Part shown: positions 48,628-57,117 of the stretch, in pieces | Position numbering within the stretch: the stretch's first letter is position 1 | How the letters are laid out: every line of letters begins with the position of its first letter | Sequence record: PP582757.1 | DNA length: 64,000 nucleotides | Strand: one strand, 5' to 3' | Source: Klebsiella phage vB_KM5a1-KLB31 | Program-made: the position numbers and the translations under genes | The notes under the pieces: model-generated | Told to the model about the DNA's origin: nothing | The model's database searches: none | Seen by the model: the letters and a program-made list of their open reading frames with translations, nothing else

Positions 48628-49278
48628 ATGGCCGATTTAAAAGCAGGCACTACAGTCGGTGGAGCCCTTGTTTGGCATCAAGGTAATTTTCCATTAAAGT
48701 CTGTTAGTGATGACGTCTACTATAAGACGTTTAAAATTTACACAGAATACAATAAACCTCAGGCTGTAGATAACGATTTCGTCTCTAAAGCTCAAGGTGG
48801 TACATATTTAGGAAAAATCAGTTTTGATGTTGGACTAAATATTAAAGACAAGAGCGGATATCTAATAGATATTTCGGCAAACACTAATACCGATCCGATG
48901 TTTGCTTACACCGCTAAAATGAGATTGAACGCAGCCTTTGCTCTTGAAAACGCGGCTGGTCAACCATTCATTATTTTTAACCCGGCATTAAGTACACCGC
49001 GACTTACTGTTATGGGTGATATTTTAGGCCAAAAGGTAAATGACGAGAGTGGCCGTGTGTTCTCACCAGGGAACCCTCCTACTCCATCTGATGTTTCACT
49101 TGGCAATGTAACAAACGACGCCCAGGTAAAGGTAGCCTTCTCAGGATTGCAAACTATGGCAGGTTCATTGGCTGCTCCAAACTTTACCTCATTACAACCG
49201 GCTACGAACGCAGGTCATGTCCCTCGTTTAGACCAAGTAATCGTTAAGGGTACAATCATAGACTTTGGTGAATTCTAA
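48628..49278 (+). CDS. 36: long tail fiber distal subunit, small (gp36)
   Basis: Matches T4 gp36 as I recall it (MADLK.G.T.GG...WHQGNFPL, DDV.YK.FKIY.EYNKPQA.DNDFVSKA.GGTY). 216 aa. Confidence 0.88.
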   Translation: MADLKAGTTVGGALVWHQGNFPLKSVSDDVYYKTFKIYTEYNKPQAVDNDFVSKAQGGTYLGKISFDVGLNIKDKSGYLIDISANTNTDPMFAYTAKMRLNAAFALENAAGQPFIIFNPALSTPRLTVMGDILGQKVNDESGRVFSPGNPPTPSDVSLGNVTNDAQVKVAFSGLQTMAGSLAAPNFTSLQPATNAGHVPRLDQVIVKGTIIDFGEF

Positions 49279-49287
49279 GAAGGACTT

Positions 49288-52089
49288 ATGGCAGATATTA
49301 AACAAATCCAATTTAAACGTTCTGTTACTGCCGGCAAAAAACCTGCGGCAGCCGATTTGGTTGAAGGCGAACTTGCTATTAACTTGACAGATCGTACAAT
49401 TTTTACAAAAGATCGTCAAGGTCAAGTAGTTGATTTAGGCTTTGCTAAAGGCGGTCGTGTTGACGGCGATATAACTCAAGTTGGTAGTTATACCCAAACC
49501 GGTAATTTTAATCAGACTGGCAACTTTACTACAACTGGTGACGTTTCCGCCAAGACCCTTTTAGTTTCTTCCGGTGTAGAATCTCAGGGTGATATTCGTG
49601 CTAATTCAGGCGTAATCCGGACGCGCGCTAATGCGGCATCTAATTCTCATGTGTGGTTTGAAGGTATCGAAGTTGGTTCAGCTAAAAACTTTGAACGTGG
49701 TGTTCTGTATGCTCCACCTCAAACTGTTAATGCCGGAGCAATCAATCTTCGTGTATTGAATGGTACTGCTACGGATGCAGGACAAGCATTATTCAGTTTT
49801 CGTGGTGATGGTGATTTAAATATCCAACGCGATTTTCTTGGCCAACGTTCTCGTTTAGCTATTGAATCTGTAGCACCCACTATGAATACGAGTCGTCTTT
49901 ATACTCGTGATCGTTCATGGAACCAGTTTGGTGCAAACGAATCTTATGGTTGGAATGATATAGTTAACTGGACGCCAGCCGAAAATGGTCCTTTAGCATT
50001 GAACTATGTCTATAAAGGGCGTGCAATGGCTTCTGGTACCATTTGGCACCAACTGCTTGATGAACGTGTTACTCCGGAATGGTCCCTTTACACTGGTGCC
50101 GGTCCATCTCAGAAAATGTTCTCTGTATTTTCTCAAGGTGGTAACGGACATGGGCGTTTCTCCGGTTCCATGATGATTGGTGGTGGTATTAATGACATTT
50201 CTGAACTTAATGATAACTCAATTGCATTAGGTGAAAAGAATACTGGTATTCGTCGTACTTCTACTGGCAACTTAGACTTAATTACTTCCGGTGGTATGCA
50301 TTTACGCCTTTCATCTGTTATGGGTGCTAACGTTTCTTATAAACGTTTATTAGTTCAACATTCAGATGCAAATGGTAACGCTGTTTTACCAGCAGGAAAT
50401 AATGCCCAGCTCCAAATTGATACTTCAGGTGATGCTAACAATACCGGCGGTAATGGATCAACTTTAATTGGTTATTACACTACTGGCGGCGAATATTATC
50501 ACTATTTCCGTGGTAAAGGTGAAGCTGCGTTCTCAATGGGTAAAGGTGTCAGAATTGACCAAGGTGGTTTGACTGTTAACGGCAACTCGACATTTACTAA
50601 CGCGTTAACTGTAAATGGCACAGTGTCATCTTCAAGATTTGATGCTCTTGGCGATATAGCATTTAAAAATGCTAACAACCGCCATATTCGTTTCGAATAT
50701 GTTAATAGTGGTGGAGCAACTGCTGTAGATGGTTATATCTTCAAAGATGGCCCTTCGGCTACAAACCGTCGTCCTGGTATTCGTATTAACTGTTCTGCTC
50801 CTAATTCTTCTACTGGTTCTGGTGATTTCGTCTTTAATGAAGATGGCAACCTTACGGTCCCAGTCCAAGTACAGCCAGGTAATTTTGGTAACTTTGATTC
50901 ACGTTATCAGAATTTGTTCCAATTAGGTGCAAACGTAAACCTTGATACACTGACTCAAGATAGTCAACTTGGCGAATGGGCCCAGCATGCGAACGTTAAT
51001 ACCTCTTTAGCTTTGAATTATCCTGAAGCTCAAGCGGGTCACTTAACAATTACTTCTGGTGCTGGTGTTCAACAAACTTATCGCGTTTATAACTCGAGTC
51101 GTGTATACTTACGTTCAAAATATAGCACTAGTGCTTGGACTCCTTGGGACCGTGTTGTAACAGATGATTATTTGGCGAGTGGTGTAGCCGGTTCTATTGT
51201 TTCTAAAGCAGCCGATGGCTTCCGTATAGCATATGGTAACTATGGTATGTACCTTCGTAACGATGGTAATAATACTTACTTCTTATTAACTAATTCCGGC
51301 GACCCTATGGGTGGTTATAATACCTTACGCCCGATAACAATTAATAATGCTAGTGGAAACGTAAGCATTGGTCATACTTTAACAGTTGGTGGTGGTACTA
51401 TTGAATGGGGTAATGCCGCGACTCGCGCCGCGTTGGCCAACGATGGTAACCTTAAAGGGACTCGCTGGGCTTCATTTGGTGGTGCTACATGGGCCGGTGA
51501 TGCTGTACAATGGGTTCATAACCAAAACGTATCTAAAGCTGGCGATACCATGACAGGTAAACTGACTATTTCTAATACGTCAGGTAACATGGTTACAATG
51601 AATGCTACTGCAGGTGGTGCTAATTATGTTCTTGGCCAGCGTGCCGGGACTAATGCATTTTATGTTGGCCTGCCAAGTTCAGGTAATAACGCTGTATTCC
51701 ATAGTTATTTGAATGGTACGACACTAGAACTACGTCCAAGTGATATTTACTTTAGCAAAACTGTTTATGGTAATGGCGATGCAAACTTTAACAACGTTTA
51801 CATTCGTTCTGATATTACTCTGAAACGTAACTTCAAGACAATTGAAAACGCACTTGATAAAGTTGATAAACTTGAAGGTTTGATTTATGAGAAGAAAAAC
51901 TCTCGTGAATCCACTGAATACGAAACAACTGAAGCGGGTATTATTGCACAGAGCTTACAGGCTGTATTACCGGAAGCCGTAGCAGAACATGAAGGTGTTC
52001 TGAACGTATCAGCATCAGGTACTATTGCACTGTTGGTTAATGCAATTAAAGAGCTTAAAGCTCGCGTCGAATATCTTGAATCAAAATAA
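49288..52089 (+). CDS. 37: long tail fiber distal subunit gp37 with C-terminal S74-type intramolecular chaperone domain
   Basis: Conserved N-terminus MADIKQIQFKRS. C-terminal roughly 100 aa match the Peptidase_S74 endosialidase-chaperone consensus (SDITLKRNFKTIENALDKVDKLEGLIYEKK...EAGIIAQSLQAVLPEAV...LVNAIKELKARVEYLE). Confidence 0.9.
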   Translation: MADIKQIQFKRSVTAGKKPAAADLVEGELAINLTDRTIFTKDRQGQVVDLGFAKGGRVDGDITQVGSYTQTGNFNQTGNFTTTGDVSAKTLLVSSGVESQGDIRANSGVIRTRANAASNSHVWFEGIEVGSAKNFERGVLYAPPQTVNAGAINLRVLNGTATDAGQALFSFRGDGDLNIQRDFLGQRSRLAIESVAPTMNTSRLYTRDRSWNQFGANESYGWNDIVNWTPAENGPLALNYVYKGRAMASGTIWHQLLDERVTPEWSLYTGAGPSQKMFSVFSQGGNGHGRFSGSMMIGGGINDISELNDNSIALGEKNTGIRRTSTGNLDLITSGGMHLRLSSVMGANVSYKRLLVQHSDANGNAVLPAGNNAQLQIDTSGDANNTGGNGSTLIGYYTTGGEYYHYFRGKGEAAFSMGKGVRIDQGGLTVNGNSTFTNALTVNGTVSSSRFDALGDIAFKNANNRHIRFEYVNSGGATAVDGYIFKDGPSATNRRPGIRINCSAPNSSTGSGDFVFNEDGNLTVPVQVQPGNFGNFDSRYQNLFQLGANVNLDTLTQDSQLGEWAQHANVNTSLALNYPEAQAGHLTITSGAGVQQTYRVYNSSRVYLRSKYSTSAWTPWDRVVTDDYLASGVAGSIVSKAADGFRIAYGNYGMYLRNDGNNTYFLLTNSGDPMGGYNTLRPITINNASGNVSIGHTLTVGGGTIEWGNAATRAALANDGNLKGTRWASFGGATWAGDAVQWVHNQNVSKAGDTMTGKLTISNTSGNMVTMNATAGGANYVLGQRAGTNAFYVGLPSSGNNAVFHSYLNGTTLELRPSDIYFSKTVYGNGDANFNNVYIRSDITLKRNFKTIENALDKVDKLEGLIYEKKNSRESTEYETTEAGIIAQSLQAVLPEAVAEHEGVLNVSASGTIALLVNAIKELKARVEYLESK

Positions 52090-52093
52090 TAAA

Positions 52094-52112
52094 TGGGGCT
52101 TCGGCCCCTTAA
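52094..52112 (+). terminator. GGGGCTTCGGCCCC (UUCG tetraloop) hairpin after gene 37
   Basis: Perfect 5-bp GC stem with a TTCG loop, then TTAAGG. Confidence 0.45.
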
Positions 52113-52121
52113 GGATTTAAT

Positions 52122-52625
52122 ATGGCAATTGTAGGTATACCCGGTTGGATAGGAGCTTCAGCCGTTACAGAAACAGGACAACGATGGATGGCACAAGCAG
52201 GAAGTGTTCTAGGCATAGGAACGCCGTTCTGGATGTCAACATTAGCCGGTAAATCAAGATCGTTCTTCTTGACCGTAGGCTACAATAAATGGACAACTCC
52301 ATTGGCCGGTGACCAAAGCGATTATGGTTGCGGTACTTCTGGTTATAGTGGGGTCACTATTGGTAAGCTTGAAAATGCTGGTGGTGTATGGGGTGGTATT
52401 ACATCATTAATGGCTTCACGCTCTAAAGTATCTACTGGTGGCTCTATTAGTGGCGGTAATTTACCTAAACGAAATCTTATTCTTAAGATAGGTGGAACTA
52501 ACTTCCAATTTAATTACACTAAAATAGAAACATTCGAATATTGGCCTGCAGCAGATGTTAATGGTTTTTATAACTTCTTAAGTGCTCGTAATGGTCAACG
52601 TTTAGAATGTATTCCACAGAACTAA
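52122..52625 (+). CDS. 38: gp38-type tail fiber adhesin, paralog 1 (T2/T6 type)
   Basis: N-terminus MAIVGIPGWIGASAVTETGQRWMAQAGS matches the conserved gp37-attachment N-terminus of T2-family gp38 adhesins as I recall it (MAVVGVPGWIG.SAVNETGQRWM). Gly-rich segments (GGVWGG, GGSISGG). 167 aa. Confidence 0.7.
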   Translation: MAIVGIPGWIGASAVTETGQRWMAQAGSVLGIGTPFWMSTLAGKSRSFFLTVGYNKWTTPLAGDQSDYGCGTSGYSGVTIGKLENAGGVWGGITSLMASRSKVSTGGSISGGNLPKRNLILKIGGTNFQFNYTKIETFEYWPAADVNGFYNFLSARNGQRLECIPQN

Positions 52626-52644
52626 GTTATTAATTTATCCTTTT

Positions 52645-52652
52645 ATAAATAC
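52645..52652 (+). promoter_or_regulatory. late promoter TATAAATA between the two gp38 paralogs
   Basis: Exact TATAAATA, followed by a 10-bp stem hairpin CCAATTTGAC-N8-GTCAAATTGG (52667-52694). Confidence 0.5.
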
Positions 52653-52705
52653 TGGTATCGCCCAATTTGACTGTTCTTGTCAAATTGGCAAAACTTTTAT
52701 TTATA

Positions 52706-52751
52706 TCGCCGCGCGACAAGTTTTCAACTCGCCGCGCGACAAGTTTTCAAC
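52706..52751 (+). repeat. GC-rich 23-bp tandem direct repeat (CGCCGCGCGACAAGTTTTCAACT x2, plus a partial third copy CGCCGCCGG) in the 5' leader of gp38 paralog 2
   Basis: Two exact adjacent copies read directly. Strongly GC-rich against the AT-rich surrounding leader. Confidence 0.75.
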
Positions 52752-52780
52752 TCGCCGCCGGCCTCAAAGAGGCTAAATCA

Positions 52781-53278
52781 ATGGCAATAGTTGGTGTACC
52801 TGGATGGATAGGCGCTTCTGCCGTATCTGAAACAGGTGAAAGATGGATGGCTCAAGCCGGGTCTAAAGTAGGTCTCAGTACGCCATTTTGGATGAGTTCA
52901 TTAGCCGGAAGAAGTGCAAACTGTATGGTTGCAACTGCACAATATATGCGACAAGCTGCTACGGTTTGGGGTGCTAATACCACAGCAAGTGGTGAAGCTG
53001 CTCATGGTACTATTAATGGCGCTAATATGGTTGGATTGAATTCAACATTAGTTTATATAGAAAATAACAGCACATCTCTGGTTCCATCATTAACAGCCAT
53101 GGGCTTACAAGGTGGCCCAGCACGTAATATTACGGTTAACTATGGCGGACAAACAGCGGTTGCTTCATATCTTGCTAATAGTTCTAACCCAAGCCAGTAC
53201 TTTATGTATTCGGCTTCTACAGCATTTGTTAATATGCTTAAATCAACTGGCGTTTTAAGACCACTTATTGTTAGTTGA
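52781..53278 (+). CDS. 38: gp38-type tail fiber adhesin, paralog 2
   Basis: ATG at 52781 (AGAGG SD) gives MAIVGVPGWIGASAVSETGERWMAQAGS. The N-terminal 40 aa are about 80% identical to paralog 1 and the C-terminal region is divergent. The listed ORF start at 52667 is a TTG-start extension through the repeats. Confidence 0.7.
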   Translation: MAIVGVPGWIGASAVSETGERWMAQAGSKVGLSTPFWMSSLAGRSANCMVATAQYMRQAATVWGANTTASGEAAHGTINGANMVGLNSTLVYIENNSTSLVPSLTAMGLQGGPARNITVNYGGQTAVASYLANSSNPSQYFMYSASTAFVNMLKSTGVLRPLIVS

Positions 53279-53304
53279 TAAATAATTGTAACAAAGGAGG
53301 AACT

Positions 53305-53952
53305 ATGGCGGCGCCAAGTATTTCCATTGTGGACTTAGTATTTGGCGTTCTTGACCGGCTATTCCGAGACACTACGGGTCGTGTTCCTTTCACCCGTATT
53401 CTTTCTGTTATCGTCTTATTTGTTATGGGACTAATATGGTACAAAGGCCCTGAGCTAATGTCCATCTATAAGGAATCTCGTTATGAAGTTTATGCAGAAA
53501 TGATGCAGAAAGCTGCTGACGAAAAATTCGATAAAACTGCTCAGGAACAAGTTCAGATAGTACATGTCTCCAGTGGAGCTGATTTCACTGCGGTCTATGC
53601 ATTTAGACCAGTCAATAAGAACTTTTTCGTAGATATGGTCGCTTATCAAGGCACTTTGCCTCCGACCCTTAATGAATTGAATTTAGGTGGGTACCCAATC
53701 GATAAAACTTCAACCGAGTATATTAATCACTTGAATGGAGAATATTTCGAATCTAAAAATGAATCAATCTTTTTGCCTACTAAAAAGAAAACTGAATTCT
53801 CTTATATGTTTTCTTGTCCTTACTTCAATCTAGAGAATAATTATGCCGGCAATATAGCACTTTATTGGTTTACTACCGGCCCTAAATATTCTTACGAACG
53901 ACTTCAAGCTATTTGCGGACAAGCCGGTCGTATGATTGGACGTTCACGCTAG
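53305..53952 (+). CDS. t: holin T
   Basis: From MAAPSISIVDLVFGVLDRLF. Strong similarity to T4 T holin as I recall it (FGVLDRLF.D, single TMD ILLF.M..VWY.G, LQIVH.SS.ADF.AVY.FRP.N, GGYP.DKT, YMYSCPYFNL.N.YAG). 216 aa. Confidence 0.9.
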   Translation: MAAPSISIVDLVFGVLDRLFRDTTGRVPFTRILSVIVLFVMGLIWYKGPELMSIYKESRYEVYAEMMQKAADEKFDKTAQEQVQIVHVSSGADFTAVYAFRPVNKNFFVDMVAYQGTLPPTLNELNLGGYPIDKTSTEYINHLNGEYFESKNESIFLPTKKKTEFSYMFSCPYFNLENNYAGNIALYWFTTGPKYSYERLQAICGQAGRMIGRSR

Positions 53953-54221
53953 AATCTGGAGCCGTACATCATAAGGAAGCGATGTACGTCTTCATAACCT
54001 TCATTGAATTGCTCAATTAGTTTTTCACGTTCATCTTCAGTCAAATCAAACAGCTTATTAAAGCTTACACCGTTTAATTCCTTTCCGGATTCATTACGAA
54101 TCCCTGCTTCGTTCAAAAATGCAATGAAGTGGTCACGTTTCCACATAATATCATCACAATCGGTTTTAATTAGAATTGAAGCGATGGTTACAATTTCAGA
54201 AATAATTTCAAACTTAGTCAT
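53949..54221 (-). CDS. asiA: anti-sigma-70 factor AsiA
   Basis: 90 aa, same size as T4 AsiA. Shared blocks as I recall them (EI.T.ASILIK, FIAFLNE.G, LI.QFNEG.E.V.R.L.MY). Confidence 0.85.
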   Translation of the reverse strand: MTKFEIISEIVTIASILIKTDCDDIMWKRDHFIAFLNEAGIRNESGKELNGVSFNKLFDLTEDEREKLIEQFNEGYEDVHRFLMMYGSRF

Positions 54222-54290
54222 TTTACATCCTACGGCTTAATGGTATGTTTTATTGGTATGAGTGTATAGTAACATGTTACAATGTGAATG
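54222..54290 (-). promoter_or_regulatory. early promoter cassette upstream of asiA (GGGTTTACAT -35, TACTAT -10, palindromic TGTAACATGTTACA core)
   Basis: Minus strand reads GGGTTTACATTCACATTGTAACATGT TACTAT, then an SD and the asiA ATG. T4 asiA is an early gene. Confidence 0.5.
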
Positions 54291-54645
54291 TAAACCCAGT
54301 ACCTTTAGCATACTCTTTGAGAGTGTTCACAACACCAACAATTGCACCTTTATTAGGAGCCTTCAGATACAGTCCACGGTTGTCTTCAGAGATATCCATT
54401 TCTGTGGCCAGGAAGTCGGGCCAGGACGCATTACGTTTATCCAGATATAATCCAATCAGGCCTGAAATAAAACGTCCACGCGCTACAGAATCTTCACAGG
54501 ACGCTTCAGAACGGACACACAAGTCAAGTTTATATTCACAGACGATAGCCTGAGTGAGGTCAATGAATTCGCGATAAGCCGTAGATTCTGCTTCACGTTG
54601 TGAGCGAACTACATCGTTCCAGGCAGAGAAGTCAAATGCTTTCAT
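54277..54645 (-). CDS. hypothetical protein (arn/asiA.1 region)
   Basis: 122-aa ORF between motA and asiA. No motif recognised. Confidence 0.45.
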   Translation of the reverse strand: MKAFDFSAWNDVVRSQREAESTAYREFIDLTQAIVCEYKLDLCVRSEASCEDSVARGRFISGLIGLYLDKRNASWPDFLATEMDISEDNRGLYLKAPNKGAIVGVVNTLKEYAKGTGFTFTL

Positions 54646-54911
54646 TAGTAGTCCTCGAGTTCATATTCTTCGATAATTTCATTTAGTTGAGCACCAATAG
54701 CTTCAAGATCGGTCGACTCATTAAATGCTACAATTTTAAAATGGCCTTCGTACAAATATTCTACTGCTGCTTCACGAATACCATATTGGGCGTCTTCAAG
54801 AATCCCAGCAATAACTTCATTAGAAATATTGCGATGGATTTTCTTTTCGAACTCTTCAACCTTAACGTTCCACCAAACAATAAACGGGATAGTGCCTTTA
54901 GCTGTAATCAT
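54645..54911 (-). CDS. hypothetical protein
   Basis: Start at the internal MITAKGT, coupled to the stop of the unlisted basic peptide ORF (54898..55020). The listed N-terminal extension is probably not translated. Confidence 0.4.
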   Translation of the reverse strand: MITAKGTIPFIVWWNVKVEEFEKKIHRNISNEVIAGILEDAQYGIREAAVEYLYEGHFKIVAFNESTDLEAIGAQLNEIIEEYELEDY

Positions 54912-55020
54912 GTTCTTTACCTTTATGCTTTTGTTTACGTTGAGATTCAGAGGCAGCTTTCTTACGGTCTTTATGAGCGCCGCCTTTGTTGAAATCATGC
55001 TTTGCTACTGGGTTATTCAT
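54898..55020 (-). CDS. 40-aa highly basic peptide; unlisted ORF
   Basis: MNNPVAKHDFNKGGAHKDRKKAASESQRKQKHKGKEHDYS. Its start overlaps the stop of the upstream ORF (TATGAATAA) and its stop overlaps the downstream ATG. Confidence 0.35.
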   Translation of the reverse strand: MNNPVAKHDFNKGGAHKDRKKAASESQRKQKHKGKEHDYS

Positions 55021-55210
55021 AATGCTTGATTACCTCTCTTAAACATCCACCTGTAAGACTAAAACGTTTGGCTACACCACACTCAATGATATGCTCTGAA
55101 AGCATATTTACATCGGTATAGCCAAGTTCAACAATGAAGTATTTTATTGTAGCCTTTTCGGAACGATTCAGACTATTAAAATAGTCACTTTTAGTATAAA
55201 GTGCTCTCAT
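55013..55210 (-). CDS. hypothetical protein
   Basis: 65-aa ORF. Confidence 0.4.
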   Translation of the reverse strand: MRALYTKSDYFNSLNRSEKATIKYFIVELGYTDVNMLSEHIIECGVAKRFSLTGGCLREVIKHYE

Positions 55211-55626
55211 TAATAAAGGTCCTCACTGAAAAGTTCATCGGCCGGTCCTGATTTAGGACGTACTGTATTAATTTGACCTGCATGTGTAGCAATAACAAGA
55301 GCTTCTTCACGAGTGAAATATTCACCCCACTGGTCAATGAAACCTTGGTTCTCACCAGTGACATGGTCGCTAACAACTTTATCACGAACCTGGTCTATAA
55401 CTTCGGCCATATCTTTTGAATAATGACGTGAGCCTGGAATTACGAGATAACCACCTGTCTTAAGTTTAAAACGGTTTGCTGCACATACAATACGGCGTTG
55501 AAGCAGACGGCCGTCCCACCAATCAGCAATCTTATAACAAATGTTCAAACGTTGTTGTTCAGTCTCGATTCTTGAGAGAACCGGAGCATCTAAAGACGAT
55601 TTATACGTAGTCATTATTTGAACCAC
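55210..55626 (-). CDS. hypothetical protein
   Basis: 138-aa ORF (IVCAANRFKLKTGGYLVIPGSRHY). Conserved-looking, but I cannot place it. Confidence 0.45.
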   Translation of the reverse strand: MVQIMTTYKSSLDAPVLSRIETEQQRLNICYKIADWWDGRLLQRRIVCAANRFKLKTGGYLVIPGSRHYSKDMAEVIDQVRDKVVSDHVTGENQGFIDQWGEYFTREEALVIATHAGQINTVRPKSGPADELFSEDLY

Positions 55627-55949
55627 ATCTTAACTCGCATCCAGAAGGATTTCTGAGCAGCTTTAGTTACGCCATGAGTACGAATCACCGGATAGCTTTC
55701 TTGCAGTTCTTTGTAATCATCTTTAGCAATCTGTACAGCTTGCGGAATGAAGCTAGAGATTGCAGCCATGAAGTTTGTACGTTCACCCAGTGGGCAAGAG
55801 GTATCTGTACGAACAATCTGATATAAACCGGTCTTGACCTTAACGATAGTGCCAAGATAAGCACCGTGGAACCATACGTCCCAACCTTCTTGAGTTGGTT
55901 CAACACAACGACGGAGTTCGTTCAGGATTTCGATCTTGTTCATGGTCAT
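55614..55949 (-). CDS. hypothetical protein
   Basis: 111-aa ORF downstream of motA. Confidence 0.45.
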   Translation of the reverse strand: MTMNKIEILNELRRCVEPTQEGWDVWFHGAYLGTIVKVKTGLYQIVRTDTSCPLGERTNFMAAISSFIPQAVQIAKDDYKELQESYPVIRTHGVTKAAQKSFWMRVKMWFK

Positions 55950-55953
55950 TTCC

Positions 55954-56586
55954 TTACAGTGCGTTAGCGATGATTGCGATCATGTCTTTGGTTACGTTAG
56001 GGAAGTCGATGTAAGTGTTTTTGCCACCTACTTTGAACTTAGTTTCGTAACCCAGTGAAGTGAATACTTTGGCATCAGCATCTTTCATGTTGTAACCGAA
56101 GATACGAAGAGTGCCATCACGACGAACTTCGAACTGACGAATACCGAGAGTACGTTTTGCAAGACGAACTTCCAGGTTGCTACGGTTTTCAGCGATTTCT
56201 TTAACATCGATACGATCTTCAATCAGAGATTTAACCAGTTCAGCCATCTCGGTCATTTCAGAAGTCACACCACGTGCTGAACGAGTCTTACGTTTGGTCA
56301 GCAGTTCAGGTTTGTTTTCTTCTGCATGAAGAACCGCTGCAGCCTGGACGATGTCCATTGCTTCACCAGTAGCCATCAGACCATCACCAGATTTTTCGAT
56401 GAGGCCTTTCTTCAGAAGAACACCGATGTTAGAGTTAACTGAAGAAGCATTCAGTGTTTCAGCCAGAGCTTCACGAACATCGGCTGAAGTGCAGAAATTG
56501 TTCTTGATTACATGAACAAGGATTGCTGCAGTTTTTTCGTTCAGAGTATCGTTAGAAGCTTTGATGATGTAAGTTACTTTAGACAT
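55954..56586 (-). CDS. motA: middle-promoter transcription activator MotA
   Basis: N-terminal 90 aa nearly identical to T4 MotA as I recall it (MSKVTYIIKASND.LNEKTA.IL, NSNIGVL.KKGL.EKSGDGL..TGEA.DI). 210 aa against T4 at 211 aa. Confidence 0.92.
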   Translation of the reverse strand: MSKVTYIIKASNDTLNEKTAAILVHVIKNNFCTSADVREALAETLNASSVNSNIGVLLKKGLIEKSGDGLMATGEAMDIVQAAAVLHAEENKPELLTKRKTRSARGVTSEMTEMAELVKSLIEDRIDVKEIAENRSNLEVRLAKRTLGIRQFEVRRDGTLRIFGYNMKDADAKVFTSLGYETKFKVGGKNTYIDFPNVTKDMIAIIANAL

Positions 56587-56650
56587 TTTGAATCTCCATT
56601 ATGTTTTGTTCATTTCGTTTGGTATGAAAGTATAATACCATGATTTAATG
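56587..56650 (-). promoter_or_regulatory. early promoter stem-loop cassette upstream of motA
   Basis: Minus strand reads GTGTTTACAACAGCATTAAATCATGG TATTAT ACTTTCATACC. T4 motA is immediate-early. Confidence 0.55.
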
Positions 56651-56710
56651 CTGTTGTAAACACTTTATTTTGAGCTCTCAAAAATTTTTTCAAGAGCTCT
56701 GGTAAAATGC

Positions 56711-56887
56711 TTAATCTACCAACAGAGTTTTGAGAAACTCAACCATTTTCTTGTTGCTTTTAACTTTAGGAGTTAAGCCTGTATGGAACTTAACAATGTA
56801 CTGGTTATGTTCTAAGCAACCACCTTCGTTCAGAACATGATTGATCAGTGAGTTAACCAGTTCGTTAGTGATTTGAGTGTTTTTCAT
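56711..56887 (-). CDS. 58-aa protein; unlisted ORF (motA.1-like position)
   Basis: MKNTQITNELVNSLINHVLNEGGCLEHNQYIVKFHTGLTPKVKSNKKMVEFLKTLLVD. GGAG SD. Directly downstream of the promoter cassette at 56888-56960. Confidence 0.45.
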   Translation of the reverse strand: MKNTQITNELVNSLINHVLNEGGCLEHNQYIVKFHTGLTPKVKSNKKMVEFLKTLLVD

Positions 56888-56960
56888 TTTATTCTCCAGT
56901 TTGTTTCATTTTGTTGGTGTAGAAGCATAATACTATGTTTTAATGCTGTTGTAAACTGTT
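56888..56960 (-). promoter_or_regulatory. early promoter stem-loop cassette
   Basis: TTGTTGGTGTAGAAGCATAATACTATGTTTTAATGCTGTTGTAAACTG. Confidence 0.55.
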
Positions 56961-56961
56961 T

Positions 56962-57117
56962 TTAAATCTTTTTGAAAGACTTTTTATCAACTGTAACACG
57001 ATGGCCTACAGAAGGAACGAAGAAAGTCCATACCTTAGTACCACATGGGGCTACATCGGTCTTAACCAGTTCGCCAACTACATTAGAATATTGTTTGTTA
57101 TTGATGATAGCTTTCAT
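56962..57117 (-). CDS. 51-aa protein (internal start of the listed 76-aa ORF)
   Basis: MKAIINNKQYSNVVGELVKTDVAPCGTKVWTFFVPSVGHRVTVDKKSFKKI, with a GGAGAAATAAAA ATG SD. Upstream listed codons lie in the promoter cassette. Confidence 0.4.
   Translation of the reverse strand: MKAIINNKQYSNVVGELVKTDVAPCGTKVWTFFVPSVGHRVTVDKKSFKKI

Noticed and set aside
52667-52780. N-terminal extension of gp38 paralog 2 starting at TTG 52667 and reading through the tandem repeats
   Set aside because: No ATG or SD. The extension covers the hairpin and repeats that follow a late promoter. The SD-led ATG at 52781 reproduces the conserved gp38 N-terminus exactly.
49288-53278. Diversity-generating retroelement acting on the tail fiber adhesins
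   Set aside because: No reverse transcriptase ORF and no template/variable repeat pair beyond the conserved 5' ends of the two gp38 genes.
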